Of a stretch of 64,000 nt of DNA, positions 37,236 to 49,400 are shown in pieces. Below the pieces are notes generated by a model that did no database searches, had not been told where the DNA came from, and saw only the letters and a list, made by a program, of their open reading frames with translations. The DNA is from Phoronis australis (taxonomy: Eukaryota; Animalia; Phoronida), in NCBI GenBank assembly GCA_002633005.1, contig NMRA01000551.1, positions 1 to 64,000 of the forward strand, in the 5' to 3' direction. A program made the translations under genes and the position numbers. Every line of letters begins with the position of its first letter. Positions within the stretch are counted from its first letter, which is position 1.

Positions 37236-38275
37236 GTTTGCGAAACTAAATGGGGCGTCGTACTAGCTCAAGTGACAAGACACCGGCACTGCTCCGTATC
37301 CTCGCACGTCATCCGGCAAATCTTACTCTCATTTAAATCACGGGCATTGGCCGTGAGAAATGAGTTGATAAGATTCAAATTAAACGCACACGACAAGAAC
37401 AACATTCAGTGGAACTATATTGTACTGCAGGAGGTGACAGGATGTCACTTTCTGATTGGCTAGTTTAAAATTTTGGGATAAGGTTTGTGTTGATCTTATC
37501 TTAATACGACTATAACTCAAAGGATCATTGCCTGCCTGTTACAAAATAAATCTTTACATGATAACGGCTTGTCAGATAGACGTTTATCTCTTTTCATAGC
37601 AAAGGCGTTGTGTTTTTACCCTTCGACACAATAGAAAAAGGACAAGTGAAGTTTCTAAATTACTTTAAACGTTGTAAAAGCATGTTTTCAGTCAGAAATC
37701 TGAAAATATTTATCTTTAATAGGATGAAAATGGAAGTAAAAAAGTCAATTGATGGAATGCGAAAAAATCGACGAAGGTTGATAGTTAGTTATCTAGTGTT
37801 GTTTTCTCCAGATATCAGTAAGTAAGAGGCGAGTAGGCTTTAATCCGCCAATGCTTTTAACGCGCCATTGGAAACTTAAAAGTTTGCGTTTCGGTCGTTT
37901 TTGGGTCCAGGTTCTAATCTCCACAAGTTCCGACTCGACTCAAAGAGCGCAAGCAACAAAATCAGGCTCATCCTGGTCCTAACATGATTTCAAGGCTTAA
38001 AAAGAACTTATTCGATTTGACTATCATTCGAAAAAAAACAGGCCCGCCCGGTTGAACTCTGCCTCATTCAACACCCTATCGGTCATGCAGGGTTGAACAC
38101 TGTTTCATTCAACCCCTAGCTCTGTCGATATGAAAGTTGTACTAAATTGGGTTTGCTTTGCGAATGTATTAGGGTGTTTCGCTGATGATATAGAATTTAA
38201 AGAATTAGTTATAACGAATTGCGTCCAGTTCATGAGTTACAATTCAGCAATGAAATGAAAGTTATTTCGCGTCAA

Positions 38276-38521
38276 CCTAAAAAATTGGGGGGGCTCGAAT
38301 TTTTGAGAATGTGGACCTTTTATCAAGATTCACGGAGTACGTTCAGAGCTATGTACTGTGCATTCACCGAGTTTTGGTAGTTCCTGCCTTTTTAGTGGAC
38401 TTTTGTGTCATTTTCTACTTTTTTCGGAGGTTTTTGTCTCTCTGAGGCGGACCTTTTTTGCCCACTTCATCAAATGGGAGCTCGTTCGAGCCCCCCGAGC
38501 TTCCCCCTGGGTGCGCGCATG
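38276..38521 (-). mobile_element. Same MITE family, copy 3
   Basis: Reverse complement of copy 1; ends GGGTGCGCGCATG. Confidence 0.7.
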
Positions 38522-39876
38522 GTTTACATGGATTTGTTGTCAAAGGTTTATAAAATGGTCAAAAACTACTTAGAAGAATTGTCTTTGGTGTGCAAATTGT
38601 TAAATATTTTTACAACAGTAGACGCATACTTCATACAGTTTGAGTGCTATATGCAACAATGTGGGAAAACTCATCCCTATAAAATGCCATGGCTTCTTGT
38701 CAGTTGATGTAGTTGACATATCCGATAGCAGTCGTGAGGTTAATCCGCTATTATCGGATTGTTTAGATTCTTTTTCGTCCTTGTCTGTGACGAAACTATT
38801 TCGCCAAGGGTACAATTTAGCTGAAACCCAGGGATCCGTGACCTATTTAAATATGTTGTGCAGCATACTTGTAAAGACGCCGGAAAACGAGAACGTGATC
38901 TAGAAAGCATTACTAAGCAAGACATTGCTGAAGTGGACTGGGAAATTTTGTTAATTACAGCCTACATGTACGGGTGGCAAAGTTTTTCAAGTTCATGAAA
39001 ATGAAATTCTATTTTATTCGTTATGGCGACTAATTTGTGCAGCACGAGAAATTCAAAGGTAACTTCAACTTTCTTGATTTAAATTAAAAGAGGGAAGAAG
39101 GCACCGGCTGCCAAACCCTAATATTAGCTGTGACAAATTATTGTTATTATTATTATCTGACTAAAATCTCTCGATATGGTTACTGTAGTAATATCAGTTT
39201 TGAGTCAACTAGGCTAAACATTTTTATTCCATGATAAGACATTGCTTTCTGGTCACGAAAGTTATCTATAGTAATATTGGCCGTAAACTGCGTGATATTG
39301 TGGAGCAACGATGGTAGGATATAACAACTTTCTTATTAAATCGCTGTCTATGAAAAAATAATTCAAACTGTCAAAATAGCAAGCTAGATGTCCGCAGCCA
39401 TTTCACTAGCGAGTCTGTGTTGTCGTTCTCTAGGATAGTGTTGGGTTATCAGGTTTGCAAGGTACATGTAGGATCAACTATTATCAAAATCCAAAGCTCA
39501 ACAATTGATTGCGGGCTATCTCAATCTATTATAATGATTTCGCTCTCTTTTCTTTGAAAGGGACTCGCCCTTATTAACAGAACAATTGGTGTTTTAAACA
39601 ATTAAAGTTGTTATCAATAGTTATTTATCGTGTGTCCGTTAGATGAACTCGGTCCTCAAGGCACTTGTGAGCTCCATAACAAAAGGTATTGTTCAGGGTA
39701 GAGTTCAGTAACGCTGGAACAGTAAGACATCAAGATATTGCCGCGTATTTCAATGCGAGCATGTGACTTTAGCTCGAGGCAGCTTTGCCCTGTTTTGCTC
39801 ATTGTGCGTTGTTAGGTGGTCGCCCTTCGCGGCTATTTGGTTTTACCAGGCTAGGATTAGTGAGCAATGCGTTGGA

Positions 39877-40228
39877 CATGGGCGGCGCAGCACTGAATTA
39901 AGTGGGGGTTATAGCATTAAAGTGAACCCACAAGGTAAACGAAATAGAGGCAGACCACGAATGACCTGGAGAAGATGTATCACCGATGACATGGAGAAGT
40001 TAGGATACTCGTGGAGACAGCTAGAAGGAATCGCCCATGACAGAACAAAATGGAAATCTCTGATTCGTGGCCTATACCCTGGTAGAGGTGACAGGCATTG
40101 ATGATGATAGCCCCCCAGCCCCCTATGCTGCGCTCCACCCATCTCCATGGGCGGCGCAACACTGAAATAAGTGCATGGGAACTTTGGCGCTCCCCGATCC
40201 CACAGCCCCCTATGGTGCGCTGTCCATG
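39877..40228. mobile_element. Two tandem short MITEs with CATGGGCGGCGCA termini; the first is interrupted by the RTE
   Basis: 39877-40142 and 40146-40228 share their start, the internal CAGCCCCCTATG and imperfect TIRs. Confidence 0.6.
39914..40109 (+). mobile_element. 5'-truncated RTE-clade LINE 3' end
   Basis: NPQGKRNRGRPRMTWRR...W.......DR.KW..LI.GL...* followed by a (TGA)n tail; ATAGC duplicated on both sides. Confidence 0.8.
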
Positions 40229-41694
40229 ATGGATGGCTCGTTTGGTCTTCGGAGCTGTTTCCACGAATAACGCGCTAAGACCACTAACTGGTTCTTGTTA
40301 CTATACCACTATGTCTGGGGATACCTGACAAAAATGCATATCTTACAGAAAGCACACTAGATGGCCTTTCTCATGGACAATGAAACTGAATAATGAAGCC
40401 ATGCTCTGTGCCTTGAAATGGTATGTCCACCGGGAAAAAAAAACATTCGAAATGATGAAGAAAATGACGAAAAATTGGTAATTCGGATTTTTTTCTCCAA
40501 AATGACAAATCTATAATTTCCCCGGTCCCAGAGTGGACTGAGGAGACTCCAACGTGTTGACAGCTAGATTCCAGAGATTTAGGCAAAAATACCAACAAGT
40601 TTTTTAATTTCCACTCGTCTGAAGGGTACCTGCCTGTAATTGCAGCAAATTAAAATTTCTACCTGAACAAGCAAATAGTTACTTTCAAAATTGTGGAATT
40701 TCCAGATCCGGGCAAAATAGGGTAGAAGCCGTGTGGATGGACTTTTTTCAAAACAACTCCAAGGACAACTGAACCCATTTGCGGCAATCCCTACGTGTCA
40801 CGTAATTGAAATCAAACCTGGCTCACCGCGTTGTTTTTTCATTTTGGCGGGACCTAAAGAGGTCCGAAACGTGGCTTTAGACTTTGAAAATAGACATATT
40901 TTCCCAATCTGCTTCACACTTGGTTTGAAATAAACAAAAAATAGCAAAACTCAAAATTGATTTCAGGGCATTTTGCCCAAGGCTTGGATGGATTCAGTAA
41001 ATCAAAAGACGTTCCTGGGAAATCTTTTTTAAGGATAATTAAGAGTTAAGGGCAATTAATGAGGTACAGGAAACCAATAGTGCAAGAAACTGGACACGTT
41101 ACATTCTGAGTATTCGTACGGCGTTAGAAATCAAGTGAACGTACAAACGATGTATTTTTATGAACAGTTTTTGTTGAACATGGCGTTACATTTATTTTTA
41201 ATGGTTACTGGTCGGATATAGTTGTCATTGTGTGTGTGATCGAGTCCTTCCCTATTTGATGTTTTCGTCATGGTGGCCCTTTATGGACCTTCCATGAAGA
41301 TATCTCATGAGAGACGAAGTACCGGACAATTGAAATGTGTATATTCTCATTCTGTGATTCGAAAATGACGCCTGCAATATTGATTTTTAGCTTTTCCCTC
41401 TGCAATGACCCTGGGTCAACTCTTACATCAATTGATGCCCGACACGAAATCAGCGTTTATCTATTAAGGCTATTAAAAATGAACCGTTGTATTCAACAAA
41501 ACTTGTTTCAAGGAAAATTTGTTGCCGAAATATTTTGATTTTATGAATAATGCAAAGACTTAGATTAAAAGGAAAAAATCACTTAAACTGGATTGTGACA
41601 AGGTGTTAAAAACCCTAGGTATTACTTGCAAGTTTTTTTGTTTAGCACCTTCGATTTAAGTTGATAAAATAGAGCATTAGTTTCAGCTTTCGAA

Positions 41695-42117
41695 CCGCGA
41701 ATTTCCGTAGATAAGCCCATGGGCGTGTATTTGGAAAATGAACAATTTTAGGCGTTTTAGCCAGGGCGTTTATTCGGAAAAGGGGGCGTGTTAACGGAAA
41801 GCCATAGTTTTTCTTGACTTAACACTATTTTACTTAAAGCCGCGTTTTTGATTTTTTGTTAATAAATGCACAGATCCCCAACACCTTGTTTGTTTTTATA
41901 AATCATAAATGCTCCACAAAACTGAATTTGTAACAATAAGTTGATGCTGAGTGGGATTTTTAGAGGAAAATTTTTAAATTAACGTCTCACAGTCTGGACA
42001 CTTGAAACCACAAGTTGTAACACCAAATAAACGACCATAGGCGTGTATTTGGCATAATTTTCTGAATAAACGCCCATGGGCGTTTCATGGGGTGGGCTTA
42101 TCTATGGAAAACCCCGG
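41695..42117. mobile_element. Tc1/mariner/pogo-like MITE
   Basis: Inverted ends CCG.....TTCCGTAGATAAGCCCA / TGGGCTTATCTATGGAAAACCCCGG|TA, with subterminal GGGCGTGTATT repeats. Confidence 0.55.
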
Positions 42118-43975
42118 TATGATGAAATGAATAATACTACTGACGCCGGTTACGATTGGCCAGTAATTATAACAAAAATGAGAAATCTCTCAGTTTGTTT
42201 GGACGAACTGTAAAACACGAGTTCACGTCCATGTAAGTGAGTGAGGGAGGGGGACCTATTGAAGTAGGCTAGGTCGTGTTAACACCTTAAATGTGTATCT
42301 TCCAAAGAGTTTCTATGGGACTAAATTGATTTAGTTACCAGACCAGGTAAAAACGAGTGTAAGCGCATTGTAAAACAACTCTATTGACTCACGCATGAGA
42401 AATTTGTCGGCTTATCTGTGTGCATGGCTATTTGTTGCATGTTCGATGTAAATGTTTTCATAGCCTAGGTGACACATGTCTCTAGTTCCGTCCCAACTCG
42501 CAATGTGCGATATTCATTTTTCGAAATGTGACCCTCGATCTTGACGACTACTTCGGCACTGGGTCTTCGTAACAATATCATAAGCCCCCCGAGCACAGCA
42601 GAGCACCGGGCCCCACCAACACATCTGCTCATAGCAATAAAACTCGTGAATTTGCAAACTTCATGAATCATCTAAAAGTTCACGTGTCCAAACATCTCCG
42701 CTGTATTCACATACTGTACTGAGGGAATGAATTTATTATGGGGCGCTGCTTTCACCATTTTCTTGTTATTGCGTTAGGCATGCCAACCGTGTATCCAGGT
42801 ATTGCGGTCTGTACATGTATTTGTCTTAAAATGGCGAAACGGTACTTGATCACTAAAGGATGCCATGAGCTAGTGGACATTGCCTGATTGTTTAGTCACG
42901 AATTTTTTTTATTTACTAAGTTATCATTTCATGTTTCGGGTCTCATCTTCCCTTGGTGAGTCGGTGCACGCGTCCAATGAGCTCATTGGTCGGTCGGTCT
43001 GGTAATAATCCTTAACCGTTATAGGATTCTATTTCCGCTACCCTCAAGAACATCGAAACCGACAGCAACTCAAGAAAGCGCTTAATCCGTTAAGAATCCA
43101 TCATTGACAGTTCAACATAGGCGAAATATTATTCGTATTGTTTATTTCCATTGAGCAAAAAAAGTCAATGGCCCACAGTACAATAATAGCGTTCAACCTC
43201 ATAAAACTTAAACATTCAACACTATTCTGCACAGCCTTTCAGTATAAATTTTACACTCTTCCATCGAATGAATGAAAATTATCACGGTTAGAAACCGTCA
43301 AACACATACGGTGCATAGCGTACATCTTCCTGAGGTTATGGAATGCATCACAAACAAGAACAAAATGCAATTTGTTTTCAGCACAGTTGATCACTCTCAG
43401 AAATGGCGCATTCTAACATCATAGTCCATTATCAAATGCCTACCACTCTCAACTAATAAAGCCGCAAAATGTCCCTAGGCATCTTCCTTCTTAGCATCGC
43501 GGGCTAACTAACAGTATAAATACCAACTTTTTGATGGACTTAGGAGAAACAGGACTGAGCTTAATTGCGATGAAATGAACATCACAAAAATGAAGCGGAG
43601 CATATTTGAGCGAAAATTGTTAAAAGGACCCGTGAACTACATATTTAACACTGCAAAACTAAAGAGTTAGGTTTTCTCAAAGCCAAAACCTGATGGAAAA
43701 AATATTTTTCTTCAAAATGCCGGCAAAAATCAATAATGATTCGTGGAATGATTCCGCTAAGGTTTCCATGTTTTCAAACGCAAGGTCTTCTAAAACGGTT
43801 AATGTTAACTTCACATTTGGCGAAAAATTATGTGGCCTTACTGTCCCGTCCACTTTCATATAAAATGCATGTGAATTGGTTTTTGTTTTTTATTATCAAA
43901 TAATTGTAGATAAGATGTATGGTTTGATCGAATGTCTTGCTGAAATGGACAATTGAAATTAATTTAGATTTTTAC

Positions 43976-44023
43976 TGTAAGGAAAGACGTCACAATTTTT
44001 AAATTGTGACGTCTTTCCTTACA
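43976..44023. repeat. Perfect inverted repeat, 23-bp arms, 2-nt spacer
   Basis: TGTAAGGAAAGACGTCACAATTT-TT-AAATTGTGACGTCTTTCCTTACA. Confidence 0.95.
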
Positions 44024-45440
44024 TTTAAAAATGATTGTGGATATCAGTTTTTGTCTTTGTAACTCACGCTCCGTGAATAGTTCCTTGTTTGAAAGCGTAC
44101 GTGTGCATTTGTACAGTCTGTGTGTGTTGTGCTTGGAGGTATTGTGTAAAACTTTTTAGGTTTCCAATTGTTTTTCATTTAAATTTGTTTCTTGATTTTT
44201 GTCATAGACCCAGAGTCTAGTATCTTGTCTTCATTGATAATGGACTTTTGTACAGACATTGTCCTAAGTGCAAAAATGACGACGTGCATGATGCATGAAG
44301 GACCAAATAGAATTTTTTTAAACCGAGATTGAAAAATTCGGAAATCTTAGATGTTTTGATTTCTCTTTTTTCAATTTCTCCGAAAATTTGAAAATCAGAA
44401 AATTGCGTCAATTTTTTATTTTTCGTTTTGTGAAGAAGATGAAAAGGGAACACTAATTCCACTTTTAATTTTCCTAACATCAAAGGTTTTGTGCAAAGTT
44501 CAAAGTGCAGAGCGATAAATAAGGGGGGATTGAGCAACATGCTCAGATCTCTTTGGATGTCAACCAGTCAAACGTTTTAGCCGATCAATGAAATGGAAAC
44601 ATTGGTCCGGACCACAGGCCCAGTCAAGTACATTTAAGGTAATCCTTCTCTGTTGGCTCGTCGCGTCGCTCTAACCAATGAAACGACAGTATTGGCCTGA
44701 CCGTTGGTAAACACTGTGTGGAAATTGAAAATCGAAAAAATGGAGACGATTTTGAATTCCTGAACTCTCTGCTTCGCAAGGAAATCGAAAAACGCAATCA
44801 ACTCGATTTTAGATCTATCGGTGTAAGTTGCAATTCTGATCATATTTTAATGAATCAACAGTTGACTCGAATTTCTAATTTTTATTTTTAGATTTTTTGG
44901 AGAACATAAAACACAAAAAAAAATAAAATTTGGTTACATTTTCTAATTTTTTTCAATTTCGTTTTGATAGAAAAATCGAGTTGGTCTTTTCATACACAGA
45001 CCGACATAAAGAGATTAAAGAAACATATTTATTTACTGGGATAATGGATAAAACAATACGTTCAAGAACTGGGCCCTCACGTACAAAACGGTTTTGTGCT
45101 AAAAAGATGAAAAGTCAGTAATATGTAACGTAAAGCAGGCAAAATATTTTGGTCACGTGACATGCTTCGTAAACAAACATAACAGCAGAACTCGGGGTTA
45201 TTTTTTGACTAGTTATCGTTTTTATAAGTTCCGGGCTACAAATTACGTGGATGTTTGAAGTCATCATATTCAAGTTCAACAAACAAAGACAGCTTACCGT
45301 AAGTCGCGAAAAAGAAGTCATGCGGCTTCGTGTGATATGTGCCGAAAGAATCTCGTCATCTATGTTTCATTAGGAAATGGGTAATCGTCAAGAAATTTTT
45401 TCTCAAGTGAACGTGTTTCTGTTTTGCAAACATTTTGGCC

Positions 45441-45647
45441 TGGTCTGCACGCCACCTGTTGGGCACATCGCGTGGTCTAAAGAACTCGGGACTTTCTACT
45501 GAGTGTGCAAACGATCTAGTCCACTAAGATATCGGAACCACCAGTGATCTAGAGCACTACATGGTTAACAGAAGTCCCGGCTTCGAGTCGCGGTGGGGAC
45601 AGAAATTTTTCCAGGTGTATATTTAGGTTGTGATATGTCCAACAGGT
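45441..45647 (+). mobile_element. Short inverted-repeat element with tRNA-like core (related copy at 11521-11616, minus strand)
   Basis: Shared terminus TGGTCTGCACGCCAC; inverted CCTGTTGGGCACATCGC / GTGATATGTCCAACAGG; B-box-like TTCGAGTC. Confidence 0.45.
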
Positions 45648-46004
45648 ATTTGCATTTATTTTGGCCGCCAATTAATCATTTACATATCCGTGTGTCTGTT
45701 GTGTTTCGTATTCCCGAATGTCAATAGAACCAAAATAATGTGACTTAACAGCTGTGGTCTTCTTCATGATTTACGTTTAAGACATCTTCAATATAATAGC
45801 TGATAACACTGAGTTTTGACTCATGGCTGTCAATAAGTGGTTCTAAATCACCCAGCTAAATGTATAACTAAAAAAAAAAACAGCACGACGGAAATTCTGT
45901 GATTATATCCAAACAGACGTAACGTTAGACATAATCAGCGAAACACTGTTCACATCTCTACTATCTTTGCAGGCTGAAGGAACGTCAAAACTGTTGACAA
46001 AGGG

Positions 46005-46405
46005 TTATTTAGTCAGAGAGCGCCACGCAACTTGATTGTCGCAAAACGTCACCTGGTCGTATTCGCTTTCAGAAGGTTTAATGAGATATTGACCTGAATG
46101 ACATAGACTGTCGCACATTTGATCACGCGTCTTTTGCACGTTGGCGGACTCGCTGTAACGCCTGTCCGCTAAGTAACCATGCACGTCTTGGGGAATTTCA
46201 TAGTCATCATCATTCGGTGGAAACTGGTTGTTGTTGCCGGTTCCCTGTCCCTCACGTTGCGTAATAGCGTCACGCCCTACTGCGTTGCCGGAATCATTGT
46301 AATTATTCACTATGCTCATCTCGTACTCTGAATGCTCTGCTTCGGCTCGCTTTTCGTCATCATATGAAATCTGCTTCAACGACGAATTGATGAAGGGACG
46401 TTTAC
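46005..46405 (-). CDS. Gene B exon 11: Tyr-rich cytoplasmic C-terminus
   Basis: Acceptor tttcacatag; in frame with ORF 46005..46469; motifs EYEM, DYEIP, SEYDQV. Confidence 0.8.
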
Positions 46406-49400
46406 CTATGTGAAAAGGCCTCGACATAAGATCCAATCGCATCATTGCACAGTAGAATATATGGTTCATAAGCTATTATCTACTCAAACAACAGACAGGG
46501 AAAAAATTGTCAAAAAATTTAAGTTACACGTGAAAGAATGATGAAATTCATGACCAGTCCAACTGGTTCTTGAAGCAAGTGGCAGGCACGGGGAACATTT
46601 GCGTCACTGCAATGTGTTTGCAGCTTGAAGTACACTCACCCCTATGCAAACCAACAGGGACTCCACTCGCATCCACACCGGGGCCCCACATTCATTGGTA
46701 AAACTTGATACTACGTTGGGCGAGGTGTGAAATTCTGTTGCTCGGAGTGTGGTCAAAAATTTGTGACCAGGGGGTAGAAATTCGACTGGAGACGACGGAG
46801 AGCGGTCAGTTCAAATTATCAGGGAAGCCAAATTTCCGATAGCTTAGGGATATGAGAAGGTTATGTAGAACCTAAGAAAAACGTCGAAATGTGGCGAACA
46901 TCGGAGTATCATGGCTCATAAATGGTAATCAGATCGATACTTTTTCATACCACTCTTTGTATAAAACGTTGTAAGGAATATCTTTATTTCGGCCTTTGCA
47001 TAAAAGGCTATCAAAAATGCATTTTAGGACATTGATGAAAAATTAAATCGAAACTTGCATTAAACGAAAGCGAAAGGATAAAAATGTAACAGCGTTTCTG
47101 AAATTTCATCTTCAACCTAAATTTGATGCCGTTACTTTGTTATGAGTGTATCTTTCTTTTTTTTGCTGAATTACTAAAAAGAAATGGTCACGCGACACTA
47201 TTATTGAAAAATTGGTCTGAAGTTGAAAATCAAAGTCTACAGTCTTTCTAATTTCAGAAAAACCTGTTTTTGCAGAGTTCTGTACACATTTGGCTTCATG
47301 CCAGACTTGTCGATCAGGTAAACATCAAGTTGAAGTTATACTGCTTCCAAGTATTATCCACATATTCTTGCTCTTACCTTTGTAGGACACTATATGCCCT
47401 GGTCCAGGAAGCTTTACACTTGCGTCAGCTCCGTAATTGTAGAGTGGGTTATCGGTTGTTTCATAGATGTTTTCGTCATTCAATGGAGGCGCCAAGTGTT
47501 TCCTAGAATAATGTTGTCATAGTAGTTTTTGTAACCGCATTGTTTTAGATAATCAGCGAACCATCTATTAATGAACTGGTTCCCAAAGGCGACTATCAAC
47601 ATGTCAGAACCAGCCGTGAAATGTACCCTCGCGGTAAACTTGAGAGCAGCGTTGCCCCCCAGCGCTGCTTGTGCTGTCGTTGTCGACTACGGAAGTCGGT
47701 CGCGCGCCAGGTGGCGAGACCGTCTCCGGCTATGCGATGCACTTATTGAATAATTCATGCGTGCGTAGTTTATAGCAATCTCGAGTTGATAGGCTGTCGT
47801 TAAACTATTACAGTAACAGGCCATTAAGTGCATCTCATGCGCGAAACCATGGAGGGGTAGAAAACGAGACAAAAGTCCACTAAAAGGCAGGAACTACCAA
47901 AACTCTATGAATGCACAATTCATGGCTCTAAACGTACCCCGTGAATGTTAGTAAAAGGTCCAAATTGTTAAAAATTCGAGCCCCCCATTTTTAGGCTGGG
48001 TGAGCGCATGCTTCTACACAGACATATATTCTGAAACTTTACCTTCTTTTTGCAGAAACGATAGCTATGAACACAATTATCACGGTAAATAATAGGATGC
48101 CGGTGGCCACTATTATCCAAATGTCTGAAAATGAAAAAAATCTGTATTATCATCGCCCTTTACTGGATCTAGTTTCTGCAGTCAATGTTCAATCGTAAAC
48201 TTGGAAAAGATTTGTTTAAAATTAAAGTTTTGTAAACTTTAAATTTTCGATCTTACTGGAGGTTCGATATTTGATCCTGTAAGCAAAAGAAAAACAGAAA
48301 AATAAGCCGACGTGTTTCGTGAAGCTATTTGCTACTACTTTAAAAAGGAGTTTAGCAACCAATGCTTTGGCGAGTTTTGATTGCATCGTTGTAGACCTGA
48401 GGACGAAAAATAGCTCGGATCAGTAAACGTCGCATCGTTTAAACTAAACATGAACTCGTCGTCGCAGTGATAAATTGATTTCAAAGGATTTCTCAAAAAT
48501 GCAAAGCACTTGTAAACAAAACATAGCACCAGCAATGAATAAAAAACGTTTTGAGGTTATCGTCATTCATACGCACAAGTGTCATTTTGTTGCTGAGCGC
48601 CAATATTCCAAGTCGCACCATTTGTCGTCTGTTGTACCGCCGTGGTCACATGATAGTCCTTTGTAAATGGCCCTTGCTCAGGAATTTCAGCAGTTTTTTG
48701 ACGCACGGTTGTTTGCAATGAATTTATTGTCACAACCCTCGTGTCACGTGACAATGTAGACCCAGTAGTATAACTAAGAGTATAATTCCCAGTCGTCCAT
48801 TTTCCGCTGCTCGGAGCCGGAGAACTGTCTAATCGTGACGTCAGTGATGACGTATACTGCATCTCAGAATTAGTAGATGACTGAATTTCCGCCTTCGTGG
48901 TATCTTTCCGTATAGCTGTTGTTGATCTTGTTGCTGTTGCTTTTGTTGCTGGTGTTGAAGCTGTGGTTGTTGTTGATGGTGATGTTGATGTTGAAGATGA
49001 GTTTGTTGTTTCGATTGACATGGTGTCTACATTTTGTGTGGATGCAGTTTGGATCGTTCCTGCGTCCGTAGTAGTACTTTCATCACTTGTCGTAGACAGC
49101 TGCATCGCTTTTGTTGAGGGTGATGTAGCTGAACGGGAAGTAAAAATAACTTTGAAAGTAACTGCACAATTTTTTTTCAGCTGTTTGACTGAATAACGCA
49201 TTTTAACTGACCAAAGGGCTAATCATCAGTCACATTCGCACGCATCATCCTATCAAATTGTTATTATGCCAATCCAACATTGACAAATGTTAAAAGATAT
49301 CAAAAATGTTCACACATATGACTAACACTTCAACCTTTATACAAGTACGTTGTGATCTATCACTTCAGCGCTCCTAGTGTACGGAACTCAAACTTACTTC

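Noticed and set aside
47708-47726. CCAGGTGGCGAGACCGTCT shared with 58463-58481
   Set aside because: Too short to define boundaries; probably a fragment of a common repeat.
48897-49196. 99-aa Val-rich plus-strand ORF
   Set aside because: Antisense shadow of the gene B Ser/Thr stalk.
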